Positions 1 through 11,268 of a DNA stretch of 64,000 bases are shown here, piece by piece; position 1 is the stretch's first letter, and the number at the start of each line of letters is the position of its first letter. Source of the DNA: a virus; IMG/VR virus record IMGVR_UViG_3300020424_000652, one strand, 5' to 3'. A program made the translations under genes and the position numbers. Below the pieces are notes generated by a model. It was not told the origin of the DNA and ran no database searches. It saw only the letters and a list, made by a program, of their open reading frames with translations.

Positions 1-3000
1 GTTGCCAACCTAGAAGAAGCAAACACAAGATTGTTTGCTGGTGAATTCCAAGTTGGTGAATTACTTTGGGTAGACAATGATAGCACCAACCGTTGGATTG
101 TTTTAAAGAATACACCGCAACACAGCGAGTTACAAGTTATTAGTAACGTTGAAACTGGAGACTCAAGTACAAACTTTGGAAAAGTAATTGGTGCTGATGA
201 TAGAAATACAACTCTTGTTGTTGGTGCAAGTGAATCAAACAAGGTTTACATATTCCAAAGAACAAACGATAACACAACTTATAATCATGCACAGACGCTT
301 GATGCTCCTGCAAATTTATACACAGGTGATGGTAAGTTTGGTACAGGGTTAGATATAAGTTCAGATGCTAAATGGATTGTAATTGGAGCACCAAATGCCA
401 GCAACGCAAAAACAAAATTCAAAGGCACATTTGCAAGTAATGTAAGCTACACAGAAAAAGATATTATACAATATCAAGAAAACTTTTGGGAGGCACAATT
501 TCCTATTTCTGCGGCACAGGGAACACTTACTTTTGATAGCTTCTATGATCCTACACAGTTAGCAAAATCAACATGGACAGGCACAGCTTATCCAGAGATA
601 GTTTATGCAATAAGAGGAAATTATAATTTTAATTTGCCAACGGATCATATTTTAGTTAGGGCACCTACTGTTCAATACGAAGGATCAGCAGTAGGAGATA
701 CATTAGTATTCAATTGGAAACAATATTCTCAAAACTATCCAAATGGCATTTTACCTTTTGGATCATCAGGACCTGCAATCAGTGAACTTGAAGGAAACAA
801 AATTATACAAGCAAAAGTTGATGCTGTATTATATTTTGATAATCTTTTAAGAACGCCACAGGTAGGAGATCTAATTAGCACAGGATCAGCGATAGGAACT
901 GTAAATGCAATCAGTGTACAGAACGTAAACCAAGCAGTGATTTACATCAGTAACATGAACGGACAGTTTTTAGCAAGTGATTCAGCAACACTTGGTGGCG
1001 TAGCAATGGGTACATACACATTGGTAGAACCTGTAAATTCACAAGCGTCATTTGGTGGTTGGTGGAAAATAGATGTTGCAACTTCTTTCAACACAACAGT
1101 TAAAACAATTACTACACCACAGTTTGTAATACAGGATATCATCACCCAAAATGAAAGCAAGTCTGCAGAAATTTATTACAACACAATGGATGATGTTTAT
1201 GCTTTAAACCAAGTTACTGATCCAACCAAAGGCGGAAGGTTAGGACATTTAAGTTTCTACAATAAACAAGGACAGTCAGACATGAGTCCATTCTGGTTCT
1301 TTAGAGGACCTAAGGCTTGGACGGATACTTTAAATGTAGCCAATACGTTTACAATGAGAGTAAATGAAATAAGAGGCGGAGCAGGATTAACTTTATATGA
1401 TCCAGGTGTGCTTGGATTATCTTTCACTTATCTCAATGACACTTTACATACTGTTTATGATTTATGGGACGGATTTGTTGATGTAACATTTACAAATTTT
1501 GACAACAATGGTAATCCTTTTATTCCACAGGTGGGTGATATAATTGTTGACCAACAGTCAGGAGCAACTGCCACAGTGGCTTATCTACAGGAACAGTTAT
1601 TAGATTGTAGATTGTATGTCAAAAATAGAAGTGGGTCATTTAAGTTTGGTAATTTACACAGTGATACAAGCACCATTGCAATCAAAGATGGCGTAAGTGC
1701 GGGAGTTGATAGACTTTCAGGTAGACTTGACAATGCAAATATGTCTGGAAGTATTGCAGGTAAACTTGTTGTTGTTAAAAACACAGATAGTACAATGTTG
1801 CCTGTTACTGTACCAACATTTAGAGATGAATTAGAAATTTATGTTTACAACAATAGAACAGTAAATGGTGTTGCAAGAACGCCTAACACTCCTAATCCTT
1901 TAAACAAAGACTGGGCTCAAGTGTCTGCTTTAAAATTAGATACGACTGGAACTCCTAGTAGCTTTACAAATGAAGGAGCATATTTTGTTTACGAAAGAAT
2001 GGGAACAGGACTTTACAGTTTCCAACATGGTTACACAAATCCTCAAAGAGAGTCAAGCAGATTCTTAGGAACTATTGTCAAGTTAACAAAATCTACACAA
2101 AGCGAATTGTATAGATTATTTGTTTCTGCTCCAGGTAACAATACAACAAGTAACAGTGGTAGAATACATCTAGTCACACATGGTAGAGATACTGACGGTA
2201 CAACTTATGAATGGGCTAGAAGTAAAAACTATTACTTCAAGGGTGAATTCAGTGATTCTATTCCTTACTACACAAACGATATTGTGTTGTATAATGGAGC
2301 ATTTTATGAAGCAAAAACAAACTTAACCGCAGGTGCTTGGGACGTAACATACTGGACATTAATTGATGCGTTCATTGACTACATAGGCTATCTACCAAAT
2401 GATACTAATCTAGCAGTTACTGATGATAGCACGTTTGAAAAAACAAACTTAACAAATTATGCACACCCATTTGCAGTTGCAAAATTTGGTGACGTGATTG
2501 CAACTGTGGCTGACTTTGACAACAGCGATCCTAAAATTATAATTTATAGATTTATTAGAGGACATTATGGATTCTCACAAATGATACCAGCACCAGTCAA
2601 TGGCATAGGGTTTGGATCAAGTATTGCTGTAAGCGATGACGGTTCAATGGTTGCCGTTGGTGCACCTTTGGCAGATGATAGAGCAAATGACAATGGTAAG
2701 GTATTTGTATACACAAACAATCTTGGAACGTTTAGTTTAACACAAACATTGTATAGTCCAGAAAAAGATGTTGCTGAAAGATTTGGAGCCGCTATAGACT
2801 TCAATGGCAATGATTTAGTTGTAAGTTCAAAGGGTGGTGACCTTGTTACAAACACAACGTTTGACAACCTTACAACAACTTTTGACAATAACCTAACACA
2901 ATTTGAAAAAGTAAACAGTGATAGTGGTCAGGTGTTTATGTATCAACAGGTAAAAAACAAATTGCTATACGCAGAAAAATTTAATTACAAAAATCCTGCA

Positions 3001-6000
3001 ACTGAAAGATTTGGTGAATTCTTGTTGTTTAATGAAAACCACGTTTATGTACCAATGCCAGAACTGTCCATCACAGATGATAACTTTATTGGAACATTAA
3101 TTGATTTCAAGAGAACACGTGATATTATGCCTTGGGCAGTTTTACACAGTCCATTGGATCAAGTTGATCTAACAAAATTCAAAGGGGTGTTCATATATAA
3201 TATCTCAGAAAATCCTGTTGCAAGAGCAATAGATTATATTGATCCTATACAAGGAAAGATAGCTGGAGCGGCGGAAGAAGAACTTACTTTCAAAACGCAT
3301 TATGATCCAGCAGTATACACTAACGGTACAGCTTCGCCAACAACTGTAATTGATTCAGAAAATTATTGGAATGACAAATGGGTTGGAAGACTATGGTGGG
3401 ATCTAAGCACAGCTAAATTTGTAAATCCTTATCAAGGAAATATAATCTATAATACAGCTAATTGGAACAAGTTATTTACAGGAGCATCAATTGATGTTTA
3501 TGAATGGGTTGAAACAACACTTACTCCTACCCAGTGGGCCGCACAGGCAGATACAGAGGAAGGACTCACAAAAGGAATAAGTGGTACTCCTAAAGACACA
3601 TCAACATTTGTACAGATACAAAAATTTGATAGTGTTGCAAAGAGCTTTTTCAACAAATATTACTATTGGGTAAAAAATACAAAAATTATTCCTCAGGTAA
3701 CGTTTAGAAAAACATCTGCTTATGATGTTGCACAATTAATTCAAGATCCTGCAGGACAAGGACAAAGATTTGTTGCACTTTACTCTGACAGCAGATTTGG
3801 TTTATACAACTGTGAAACACTTGTAAGTGGACCTGAAAATGCAATCAACTTTAGATACTGGACTATTGAAAACAAAGAAATCAATACTCATAATCAATAT
3901 CAATTGATCACTGAAGGTTTAGATACAAGCAGACCAAACAGAGATCTTGAACGCAAATGGTATGACAGTTTAATAGGTGTAGACACCAACGAAAGACCTG
4001 TACCAGATACTGTGTTAAGTCCTAAACAAGCATATGGTATTTTAGACAGACCAAGACAAAGTATGTTTAAAAATAAAACAGAAGCATTAAAGCAAACTAT
4101 AGAAAGAGCAAATAGAGTTTTACTACAAAACTTAATTGTAGATGAATACAACTTGACACAGTTCTTAAGTAAAGATCCAACACCTACTTTGTTAAGTAGG
4201 AAGTATGACAAAGCAATTGACACTTATGCGGAAATAGGTTTAGTAGGAGTTTCCAATGTTATTCCTGCTGTCCTTACTCCAGTGTTTGTTAACGGAAAAC
4301 TTACAAGGGTAGATATTACAAACGGTGGTAAAGGTTACATCACTGTTCCTACATATGAGTTTGGTAATGTTGGCAATGGAACTGATGCAGAAATTACTTT
4401 GACAATGGATGCCAATGGTACTATCACAAGTGCAACAGTAAAAAATGAAGGACAAGATTATGGACCTAACACAACACTTGAAGTTAGAAAATATAGTGTA
4501 TTGGTTAGAACAGATGAAAGTGTAAATTCAAGATGGTCCATATACGCATATCAAAGTGTTTCTAAAACTTGGTCAAGAACTACAAGTTCTGCATATGATG
4601 TAACACAATGGTGGAGTTACACTGATTGGTATGATGTTGGATACAGTGAATTCACTGAAGTTGATTATTTGATTGATTACTCATATGAACTTGATTCATT
4701 GACTGACCAAGTAGGTGATATTGTAAAAATTTCAACCATAGGTTCAGGTGGTTGGTTGTTGTTAGAAAAAATTAGCAACGATGGTTCAGACTACACAACA
4801 AAATATAAAACAGTTGGTAGAGAAAATGGAACTATTAGATTAAGCAACAGCTTGTATGATAGTGCTAATAGTAACATAGGTTATGATGGATTAAGTTATG
4901 ATACATCATTCTATGATAATCAACCAACTAGAGAATTAAGAATTATTTTAGAATCCTTAAGAGATGATATATTCATTAACGATCTTGCTGTTGAATACAA
5001 CAAGATGTTTTTTGCAAGTGTTAGATATGCTTTCTCAGAACAAGCAAATATTGATTGGGCATTTAAAACAAGTTTCATAAAAGCAAAACACAATGCAGGA
5101 GATTTACAACAAAAAGTTAATTTCCAAAATGATAACTTACCAAGTTACGAGGATTTTGTTAAAGAAACTAAACCTTATAAAACAAAAATTAGAGAATATG
5201 TTAGTAACTATACAAAAACAGAATTAACAAACAGTGGTGTTACAGACTTTGATATTCCTCCGGCATACAGCATCAATGATGGTAAGATTGTACCTGCAAG
5301 TCTAAAAGTTAATAATGATTTAATTGTAGGTCAAGATGCTTCTATTACAACTTACCCTAACAAATATTGGGCTGACAATGTTGGATTTGAAGTATTAAGA
5401 GTAAACATCAAGAATGGTGGTACACAATATTTAGAAACTCCTTTAGTTAAATTTGTAGGTGGAGGTGGTAGCGGTGCTGTGGCAAAAGCAACACTTGGTA
5501 CAAATGGAACAATCAAATATATTACTGTAACAAATCCAGGTAGAGGATATCTGTCTGCTCCAACTGTAACCATTGAAGGAACTCAAGACACATCTGGAAT
5601 ACCAGCAGTTGTATCAGCTCAACTAGGAAACAGTAAAGTAAGATCTAATCATATAGTAAGTAAATTTGATAGAGTAACAGGAACGTTCTTAATTACAACA
5701 TTAACGGAAGTTGAAAACTTTACTGGCACAGGCAGTCAAACAATTTTTGATCTTAAGTTTCCTATGGATCTAAGAACAACAACGATTACTGTTACAGTGG
5801 CAGGAATTGAATCTTTACAAAGTGAATACAGTATTTCAAATGTTGAAGACACAACTAAATCTTATATAAGAAAAAGAGGAAGAGTAACATTTACAGAACC
5901 TCCAGCAAACAATAGTGCGATAGTTATAACTTACAGCAAATCTATTGAAATGTTGCAAGGACAAGATAGAATCAACTTATTTTATAATCCTACAACTGGA

Positions 6001-8586
6001 ATGCTTGGTAATGATGTATCACAACTAATGGACGGAATAGATTACGGTGGAGTTGAAGTTAAGAGTTTCACATTTGGTGCAGGTACTGGTTGGTCAAGTG
6101 AACCATACTACACAACAAGTTATGACACATATGATAACACGTATGAAGATGAAGTGTTCACACTTGACGGAAGTACTAATCTGTTTACATTGGCTAAACC
6201 TTTGGAAAATGGTGTTGTGTACAACGTGTACAAAAATGGTGTTAGAATAGATGACGTAAATTATGATGGAAGTACAATTGGTACAACAGGTAATCCAAAT
6301 GCAGTTATGTTACCAATCACAGGTGCTGGACAAACAACTATACAATTAGATGAAACTAAAGTACCTACTGTTGCTAATGATGTAATTGTAATTAGAAAAT
6401 CTACAAGTGATGGATCATTTATTCCTGATCCAGATGGATATGATACTTTACTTCAAGGTGGAGATCTTGCTTATGCAACTGCACGTGGTTTAGCGGCAGA
6501 AGAAATTGTTGTAGATGGTGATGGTTTTGTAACACCATTGACTTCCAAAGGTCCTGAAGAACTTGTTCCAGGACAGGTGCTTGATACTTTAGATATAAAG
6601 GTTTATGATAGAACAGGTGACGGATCAAGTATATTGCACAGCTACAATTACTTGGGTGACGGTAATAACAAAGAATTTGATATTAATTTTGTTCCAATGA
6701 GTCAAAAAGATGTTTGGATAAAAGTTAATGGCACAATTTACAGTGATAGTCAATTCAGTGTTGATTATCAAAACAAAAAAATTAAATTTACAACTGCTCC
6801 AGGATTAAATCATCCTGTGCATATTATTACAATGAGCAACAATGGTGAGAAAATACTTGACATTGATACTTTTGTAGGTGATGGGTCAACAGCACAATTT
6901 GTTGTTCCTGTAAAATATAAATCAACTTTAAGTCATTATTTGACAGTAGATGGTGAAACTGTCAACGTAACTTTAGCAGAAACTGATACAACTTACACAG
7001 GACAAAAAGGAATGAGTGTGTTTAAGTTAGGTACTGCTCCGTCCAATGGTGCTGTTATACAATATGCAATATTTGATAGTCCAAGTAAAAGTTTCTCACA
7101 GATTACAACAGACACATTTACTGGCGATGGAAACACAAAAGCATTTACTTTAGCACAGGCTCCGTTTACACAGGAACCTTTAGAACATAATGTTATTGTA
7201 AAAGTTGGAAACAATATTTTAAATGCAGGATACAATCAAAGATTTGTTGTAAGTGCTACTAGAGAATACAAACTTAAAGACTATCAAATACCACAAGCTG
7301 GTATAGATGCAAACAAAGTTAGAGTGTTCTTGAATGGGGAAGAGATTACAATTACACAAAGCTGGAGTTGGAATACTTTCAATGCCACTGTAAACTTATT
7401 CAGTGATGTTGGTGTTGCAGGAGATATTTTAAATGTTTACATAAGAAATGATGGAGATTACGCATTTGGATATTTTGATAACAATGGACTATGGGTAGCT
7501 ACTCCTAATCAAATACATTTTGATACTGCACCAGCAAACAGTTCACAGGTAACAGTATATCAATTTAGTAAACATGACATTAGAAAAATAGAAAGAATTA
7601 ACCTTGATGTTGTAACAAGAAATCCAATTACAATAGGCACGGATAATTATGCTGAATATCATCAATTGACAAATGGAATAATTAAATTACGCAAACTTGC
7701 CATTGATGCTGAGTATGTTTGGATAGTTGTCAACGGCACATTGTTGACTCCTAGTGTTGATTACTACTTACAAGATGATAGACAGACTGTAAGAATTGTT
7801 ACAGATATAAATGCAAATGATGTTGTTGAGCTTATACACTTCTCAAACGATGTAATAGTTCCTAAATTTGGATACAGACAGTTTAAAGATATGTTGAACA
7901 GAACACACTTTAAACGTTTAGGAGATGATGTTGAATACACATTAGCGGAAGATTTAAATTGGTATGATACAAAGATATTTGTAACAAATTATGACGATTT
8001 ACCTACTCCAAACAAAGACAAACAAATTCCAGGCATTGTGTTTATTGGTGGAGAACGCATAGAATATTACTTGAAAGAAGATGGTGTATTAAGACAGCTT
8101 AGAAGAGGAACTCTTGGAACAGGAGTTAAGACTAAACACAACAAAGGAAGTATTGTGTTAGATCAAAGCAGAGAGCAAACAGTTCCTTACAAAGATGAGA
8201 TATTGACCTTGAATTTTACTTCAGATGGGTCAACGAAGTCATACACATTAGACTTTGTACCACAAGATCCAGAAGGATCAGGTACAGTTATGGATTTAGT
8301 TGAAGTATTTGTTGGAGGTAAGAGATTACGTAAAAATTCAGTAAGTTCATTCAATCCAGCAACTAATTTGGATAGTCCTGAAGCAGATACTACACTTCCA
8401 GCAGAATTTAGTATGACAGCAGGCAGTACTACCTTAACATTGACTGAACAACCTCCTATTAACACCAAGATTATGGTGGTTAGACGTATAGGAAAAAGAT
8501 GGACTGACCCAGGAACTCCACTAAGATCAGCGGAAAATAACATTGGAAGGTTCTTAAGAAACAAAGAGGTGGCGTTACCTAAATAA
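1..8586 (+). CDS. Giant virion structural protein (baseplate wedge/adhesin-like) with FG-GAP beta-propeller repeats; 5'-truncated
   Basis: Frame open from base 1. FG-GAP-like repeats (FGTGLDISSDAKWIVIGAP, FGSSIAVSDDGSMVAVGAP), CBM5/12-like motifs (YYTNDIVLYNGAFYEAK), T4-like wedge repeats (ITNGGKGY..P, NPGRGYLSAP) and multiple F-x-GDG-x-T-x-x-F repeats; lies next to tail-fibre genes. Confidence 0.75.
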   Translation, partial: VANLEEANTRLFAGEFQVGELLWVDNDSTNRWIVLKNTPQHSELQVISNVETGDSSTNFGKVIGADDRNTTLVVGASESNKVYIFQRTNDNTTYNHAQTLDAPANLYTGDGKFGTGLDISSDAKWIVIGAPNASNAKTKFKGTFASNVSYTEKDIIQYQENFWEAQFPISAAQGTLTFDSFYDPTQLAKSTWTGTAYPEIVYAIRGNYNFNLPTDHILVRAPTVQYEGSAVGDTLVFNWKQYSQNYPNGILPFGSSGPAISELEGNKIIQAKVDAVLYFDNLLRTPQVGDLISTGSAIGTVNAISVQNVNQAVIYISNMNGQFLASDSATLGGVAMGTYTLVEPVNSQASFGGWWKIDVATSFNTTVKTITTPQFVIQDIITQNESKSAEIYYNTMDDVYALNQVTDPTKGGRLGHLSFYNKQGQSDMSPFWFFRGPKAWTDTLNVANTFTMRVNEIRGGAGLTLYDPGVLGLSFTYLNDTLHTVYDLWDGFVDVTFTNFDNNGNPFIPQVGDIIVDQQSGATATVAYLQEQLLDCRLYVKNRSGSFKFGNLHSDTSTIAIKDGVSAGVDRLSGRLDNANMSGSIAGKLVVVKNTDSTMLPVTVPTFRDELEIYVYNNRTVNGVARTPNTPNPLNKDWAQVSALKLDTTGTPSSFTNEGAYFVYERMGTGLYSFQHGYTNPQRESSRFLGTIVKLTKSTQSELYRLFVSAPGNNTTSNSGRIHLVTHGRDTDGTTYEWARSKNYYFKGEFSDSIPYYTNDIVLYNGAFYEAKTNLTAGAWDVTYWTLIDAFIDYIGYLPNDTNLAVTDDSTFEKTNLTNYAHPFAVAKFGDVIATVADFDNSDPKIIIYRFIRGHYGFSQMIPAPVNGIGFGSSIAVSDDGSMVAVGAPLADDRANDNGKVFVYTNNLGTFSLTQTLYSPEKDVAERFGAAIDFNGNDLVVSSKGGDLVTNTTFDNLTTTFDNNLTQFEKVNSDSGQVFMYQQVKNKLLYAEKFNYKNPATERFGEFLLFNENHVYVPMPELSITDDNFIGTLIDFKRTRDIMPWAVLHSPLDQVDLTKFKGVFIYNISENPVARAIDYIDPIQGKIAGAAEEELTFKTHYDPAVYTNGTASPTTVIDSENYWNDKWVGRLWWDLSTAKFVNPYQGNIIYNTANWNKLFTGASIDVYEWVETTLTPTQWAAQADTEEGLTKGISGTPKDTSTFVQIQKFDSVAKSFFNKYYYWVKNTKIIPQVTFRKTSAYDVAQLIQDPAGQGQRFVALYSDSRFGLYNCETLVSGPENAINFRYWTIENKEINTHNQYQLITEGLDTSRPNRDLERKWYDSLIGVDTNERPVPDTVLSPKQAYGILDRPRQSMFKNKTEALKQTIERANRVLLQNLIVDEYNLTQFLSKDPTPTLLSRKYDKAIDTYAEIGLVGVSNVIPAVLTPVFVNGKLTRVDITNGGKGYITVPTYEFGNVGNGTDAEITLTMDANGTITSATVKNEGQDYGPNTTLEVRKYSVLVRTDESVNSRWSIYAYQSVSKTWSRTTSSAYDVTQWWSYTDWYDVGYSEFTEVDYLIDYSYELDSLTDQVGDIVKISTIGSGGWLLLEKISNDGSDYTTKYKTVGRENGTIRLSNSLYDSANSNIGYDGLSYDTSFYDNQPTRELRIILESLRDDIFINDLAVEYNKMFFASVRYAFSEQANIDWAFKTSFIKAKHNAGDLQQKVNFQNDNLPSYEDFVKETKPYKTKIREYVSNYTKTELTNSGVTDFDIPPAYSINDGKIVPASLKVNNDLIVGQDASITTYPNKYWADNVGFEVLRVNIKNGGTQYLETPLVKFVGGGGSGAVAKATLGTNGTIKYITVTNPGRGYLSAPTVTIEGTQDTSGIPAVVSAQLGNSKVRSNHIVSKFDRVTGTFLITTLTEVENFTGTGSQTIFDLKFPMDLRTTTITVTVAGIESLQSEYSISNVEDTTKSYIRKRGRVTFTEPPANNSAIVITYSKSIEMLQGQDRINLFYNPTTGMLGNDVSQLMDGIDYGGVEVKSFTFGAGTGWSSEPYYTTSYDTYDNTYEDEVFTLDGSTNLFTLAKPLENGVVYNVYKNGVRIDDVNYDGSTIGTTGNPNAVMLPITGAGQTTIQLDETKVPTVANDVIVIRKSTSDGSFIPDPDGYDTLLQGGDLAYATARGLAAEEIVVDGDGFVTPLTSKGPEELVPGQVLDTLDIKVYDRTGDGSSILHSYNYLGDGNNKEFDINFVPMSQKDVWIKVNGTIYSDSQFSVDYQNKKIKFTTAPGLNHPVHIITMSNNGEKILDIDTFVGDGSTAQFVVPVKYKSTLSHYLTVDGETVNVTLAETDTTYTGQKGMSVFKLGTAPSNGAVIQYAIFDSPSKSFSQITTDTFTGDGNTKAFTLAQAPFTQEPLEHNVIVKVGNNILNAGYNQRFVVSATREYKLKDYQIPQAGIDANKVRVFLNGEEITITQSWSWNTFNATVNLFSDVGVAGDILNVYIRNDGDYAFGYFDNNGLWVATPNQIHFDTAPANSSQVTVYQFSKHDIRKIERINLDVVTRNPITIGTDNYAEYHQLTNGIIKLRKLAIDAEYVWIVVNGTLLTPSVDYYLQDDRQTVRIVTDINANDVVELIHFSNDVIVPKFGYRQFKDMLNRTHFKRLGDDVEYTLAEDLNWYDTKIFVTNYDDLPTPNKDKQIPGIVFIGGERIEYYLKEDGVLRQLRRGTLGTGVKTKHNKGSIVLDQSREQTVPYKDEILTLNFTSDGSTKSYTLDFVPQDPEGSGTVMDLVEVFVGGKRLRKNSVSSFNPATNLDSPEADTTLPAEFSMTAGSTTLTLTEQPPINTKIMVVRRIGKRWTDPGTPLRSAENNIGRFLRNKEVALPK

Positions 8587-8589
8587 ATA
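8583..8589 (+). promoter_or_regulatory. T4-late-like promoter motif (ATAAATA)
   Basis: ATAAATA about 20 nt upstream of the 8608 start; the same motif recurs before 13110, 15539, 25035, 24972, 43913 and 48888. Confidence 0.5.
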
Positions 8590-8607
8590 CACTTGTAGGA
8601 TATTAAT

Positions 8608-9222
8608 ATGATAGACAATTTTAATGACAAATCAGGAGTTCTTTTGCAAGGACACATAAAGATACACAATCCAGAATCTGGAGAAATTCTGGTTGATAAA
8701 CGTAATGCTATTCACTATGAAAACATGAGTATTTCATTAGCTGAATCATTAGCAAACCAAGGGCAAGGAATGGTATATTCAATGGCTTTTGGTAATGGTG
8801 GAACATCCGTCGATCCAACGGGTATAATTACATACCTTTCACCCAACTCAACAGGAACAAATGCTAGTTTATACAACCAAACATACACTAAAGTAATTGA
8901 CGATAATTCAATCAACAACACAGATCCTACAAGAAACAAGATTGAAACACGTCACGTTAGTGGTACAAACTACACAGATATCATTGCAACTTGTTTGCTT
9001 GATTACGGTGAACCTTCAGGACAAGATGCATTAGACAATGCAACAGGTTCAGACAGTTTATATGTGTTTGACGAACTAGGTTTAGTAAGTTATGCAACAT
9101 CAGGTACAGGTAGATTACTTACACACGTAATATTTCACCCAGTACAAAAAAGTTTAAACAGATTAATTCAAATAGACTACACAGTTAGAGTACAAAGTTT
9201 AACTGGTTTTAACGAGGCGTAA
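8608..9222 (+). CDS. Putative baseplate/tail structural protein
   Basis: 204 aa between structural genes; 'AFGNGG...FDELGL...LLTHVIFHPVQKSLNRLIQIDYT' resembles tail-fibre/baseplate attachment modules; AGGA RBS. Confidence 0.6.
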   Translation: MIDNFNDKSGVLLQGHIKIHNPESGEILVDKRNAIHYENMSISLAESLANQGQGMVYSMAFGNGGTSVDPTGIITYLSPNSTGTNASLYNQTYTKVIDDNSINNTDPTRNKIETRHVSGTNYTDIIATCLLDYGEPSGQDALDNATGSDSLYVFDELGLVSYATSGTGRLLTHVIFHPVQKSLNRLIQIDYTVRVQSLTGFNEA

Positions 9223-9225
9223 TAG

Positions 9226-11259
9226 ATGGCTTATACTGTAAATTATACAGACGTTGCTAATAAAGGTAGCATTAGTGTTGAAGATAATACTATCAACCAA
9301 CAAACATCTCTGTCCATACCAGGCAGAAATACCACAGCATACGGAACAGCCATTGCAGAAAACTTTTTACATCTTTTAGAAAATTTTACAAACAGCACAG
9401 CACCAGGTAATCCAGTTGAAGGACAACTTTGGTATGATAACACACCAGGCGTTGATCAATTAAAATTATATGATGGAACAACTTGGATAAGTGCTTCAGG
9501 ACTTAAGAAAGCAACCAACGCCCCAGGCGCCGCACAATCAGTGACAGGTGACCTTTGGGTAGACACTGACAATCAACAATTATATTTGTACACAGGTTCG
9601 GGTTGGGTGTTAGTTGGTCCTTCATTCAGTGATGGACTTTCAACAGGAGTAAGAGCAACTTCTATTACAGGAACAAATAATGTTGCATACACTTGTTTGA
9701 TAGTTGAAGTTAGTGCAAAAACTTTAGCAATATATTCAACAGCAACATTTACACCTAAAACAACTATACAAGGTTTCACAACAATTAATCCAGGATTTAA
9801 TTTAAGCACAGCAGACATCACAGGCTCTGGTGCAGGAAAATATTATGGAGTAGCTGAAAAGGCCGAAGCACTTGTGATTGGAAATGAAACTATTCCAGCA
9901 ACAAATTTTATACGTAATGATGCATTATCACAAAGTTTATATCCTATCACAGTAAAAAACAACGGTGGTATCACAGTTGGTGCTTCAAGTTTTATGACAG
10001 TAGGTGTTGAAGGACAAGCAGGAATAATTAGTCACCAAACTTCAGGATCAAACATTGATATCAGAGTAAACAACAATGGTACTACTGAAACAGTAATGAG
10101 AATAGATTCAACTTCAAAAGTTGGAATAAACAATTTATCTCCAGATCAAGCATTAGATGTTACAGGTAACATACAAGTTTCTAATTCAATGCTTGTAGAT
10201 GGAACAACTGATGCCACTACAATCAATACAGGAAGTTTAATTACAAAAGGTGGTGTAGGAATTGCCAAAAGATTATTTGTTGGAAGTGATGCCAATGTAG
10301 CAGGATTAACAACAACAGGAAATATTGTACCTAATGCAACAACCACAAGGAATTTAGGAACACAAAACGAACAATGGTTAAATGTATATGCACAAAACTT
10401 TGTAGGTAACCTTACAGGTAACGTAACAGGTACGGTATCAGGACGTTCAGGATCTACAGATAAACTTGCAAGTGCAACTACATTTAAAATGACAGGAGAT
10501 GTAACAGCACCAGACTTTACATTTGACGGACAAGATTCTGCAACAAAAACTTTTACAACAAGTATTTCAAATGCTTTTATTAGTAACAAAGCAGAAGTTT
10601 CAAGTTCAGTATCAACAGATGAATTATTAATTAACAGAACATCTGGTGATACAGGCGTTTATAAAATATCAAGAACAAACTTGTTCAAAGCTATTCCTAC
10701 TTTACCAGTTGGTATGATTACACCATACGGTGGAATTACTGAACCAACTAATTGGTTATTTTGTTATGGACAAGAAGTTAATATTGCTGACTATCAAAAT
10801 TTATTTAATGTAATAGGATATCAGTTTAAAGACCAGTCATTGGTATCAGCAGGAAAATTTGCTATTCCTGATTTTAGAGGCAGAATGCCACTAGGTAAAG
10901 ATAACATGGGTGGCGGAAGTGCAAACGTTGTTACTGATTCATCAGCTGACACAGTAGGTAGTGTAAACGGACAACAAACACAAACATTATCAACAAGCAA
11001 TCTTCCAGAACACGAACACGATTTAAGAGGACCAAGTGGAGACCAGTATTACACAATTAGAGATATATCTGGAACTCCAAATGATTCACAGGGTATAACT
11101 TATGATGCTCCAACAGGCACAGGAGCAGGCCAGGCATATCCTACTTCAGGTGGTGTGTTGACTAACAGTAGTTTAGGTAATTCATTTAATATTATGAATC
11201 CTTACATGACTGTGAACTACATAATTTACGCAGGGGAAAACACATTTCTAGCAAGTTAA
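9226..11259 (+). CDS. Tail fibre protein with C-terminal tail-collar domain
   Basis: Collar motif LPVGMITPYGG...WLFCYGQ...YQNLFNVIG...IPDFRGRMPLG, then LPEHEH and NIMNPYMTVNYII; N-terminal module shared with 11269 and 13110. Confidence 0.85.
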   Translation: MAYTVNYTDVANKGSISVEDNTINQQTSLSIPGRNTTAYGTAIAENFLHLLENFTNSTAPGNPVEGQLWYDNTPGVDQLKLYDGTTWISASGLKKATNAPGAAQSVTGDLWVDTDNQQLYLYTGSGWVLVGPSFSDGLSTGVRATSITGTNNVAYTCLIVEVSAKTLAIYSTATFTPKTTIQGFTTINPGFNLSTADITGSGAGKYYGVAEKAEALVIGNETIPATNFIRNDALSQSLYPITVKNNGGITVGASSFMTVGVEGQAGIISHQTSGSNIDIRVNNNGTTETVMRIDSTSKVGINNLSPDQALDVTGNIQVSNSMLVDGTTDATTINTGSLITKGGVGIAKRLFVGSDANVAGLTTTGNIVPNATTTRNLGTQNEQWLNVYAQNFVGNLTGNVTGTVSGRSGSTDKLASATTFKMTGDVTAPDFTFDGQDSATKTFTTSISNAFISNKAEVSSSVSTDELLINRTSGDTGVYKISRTNLFKAIPTLPVGMITPYGGITEPTNWLFCYGQEVNIADYQNLFNVIGYQFKDQSLVSAGKFAIPDFRGRMPLGKDNMGGGSANVVTDSSADTVGSVNGQQTQTLSTSNLPEHEHDLRGPSGDQYYTIRDISGTPNDSQGITYDAPTGTGAGQAYPTSGGVLTNSSLGNSFNIMNPYMTVNYIIYAGENTFLAS

Positions 11260-11268
11260 GGATAAACT

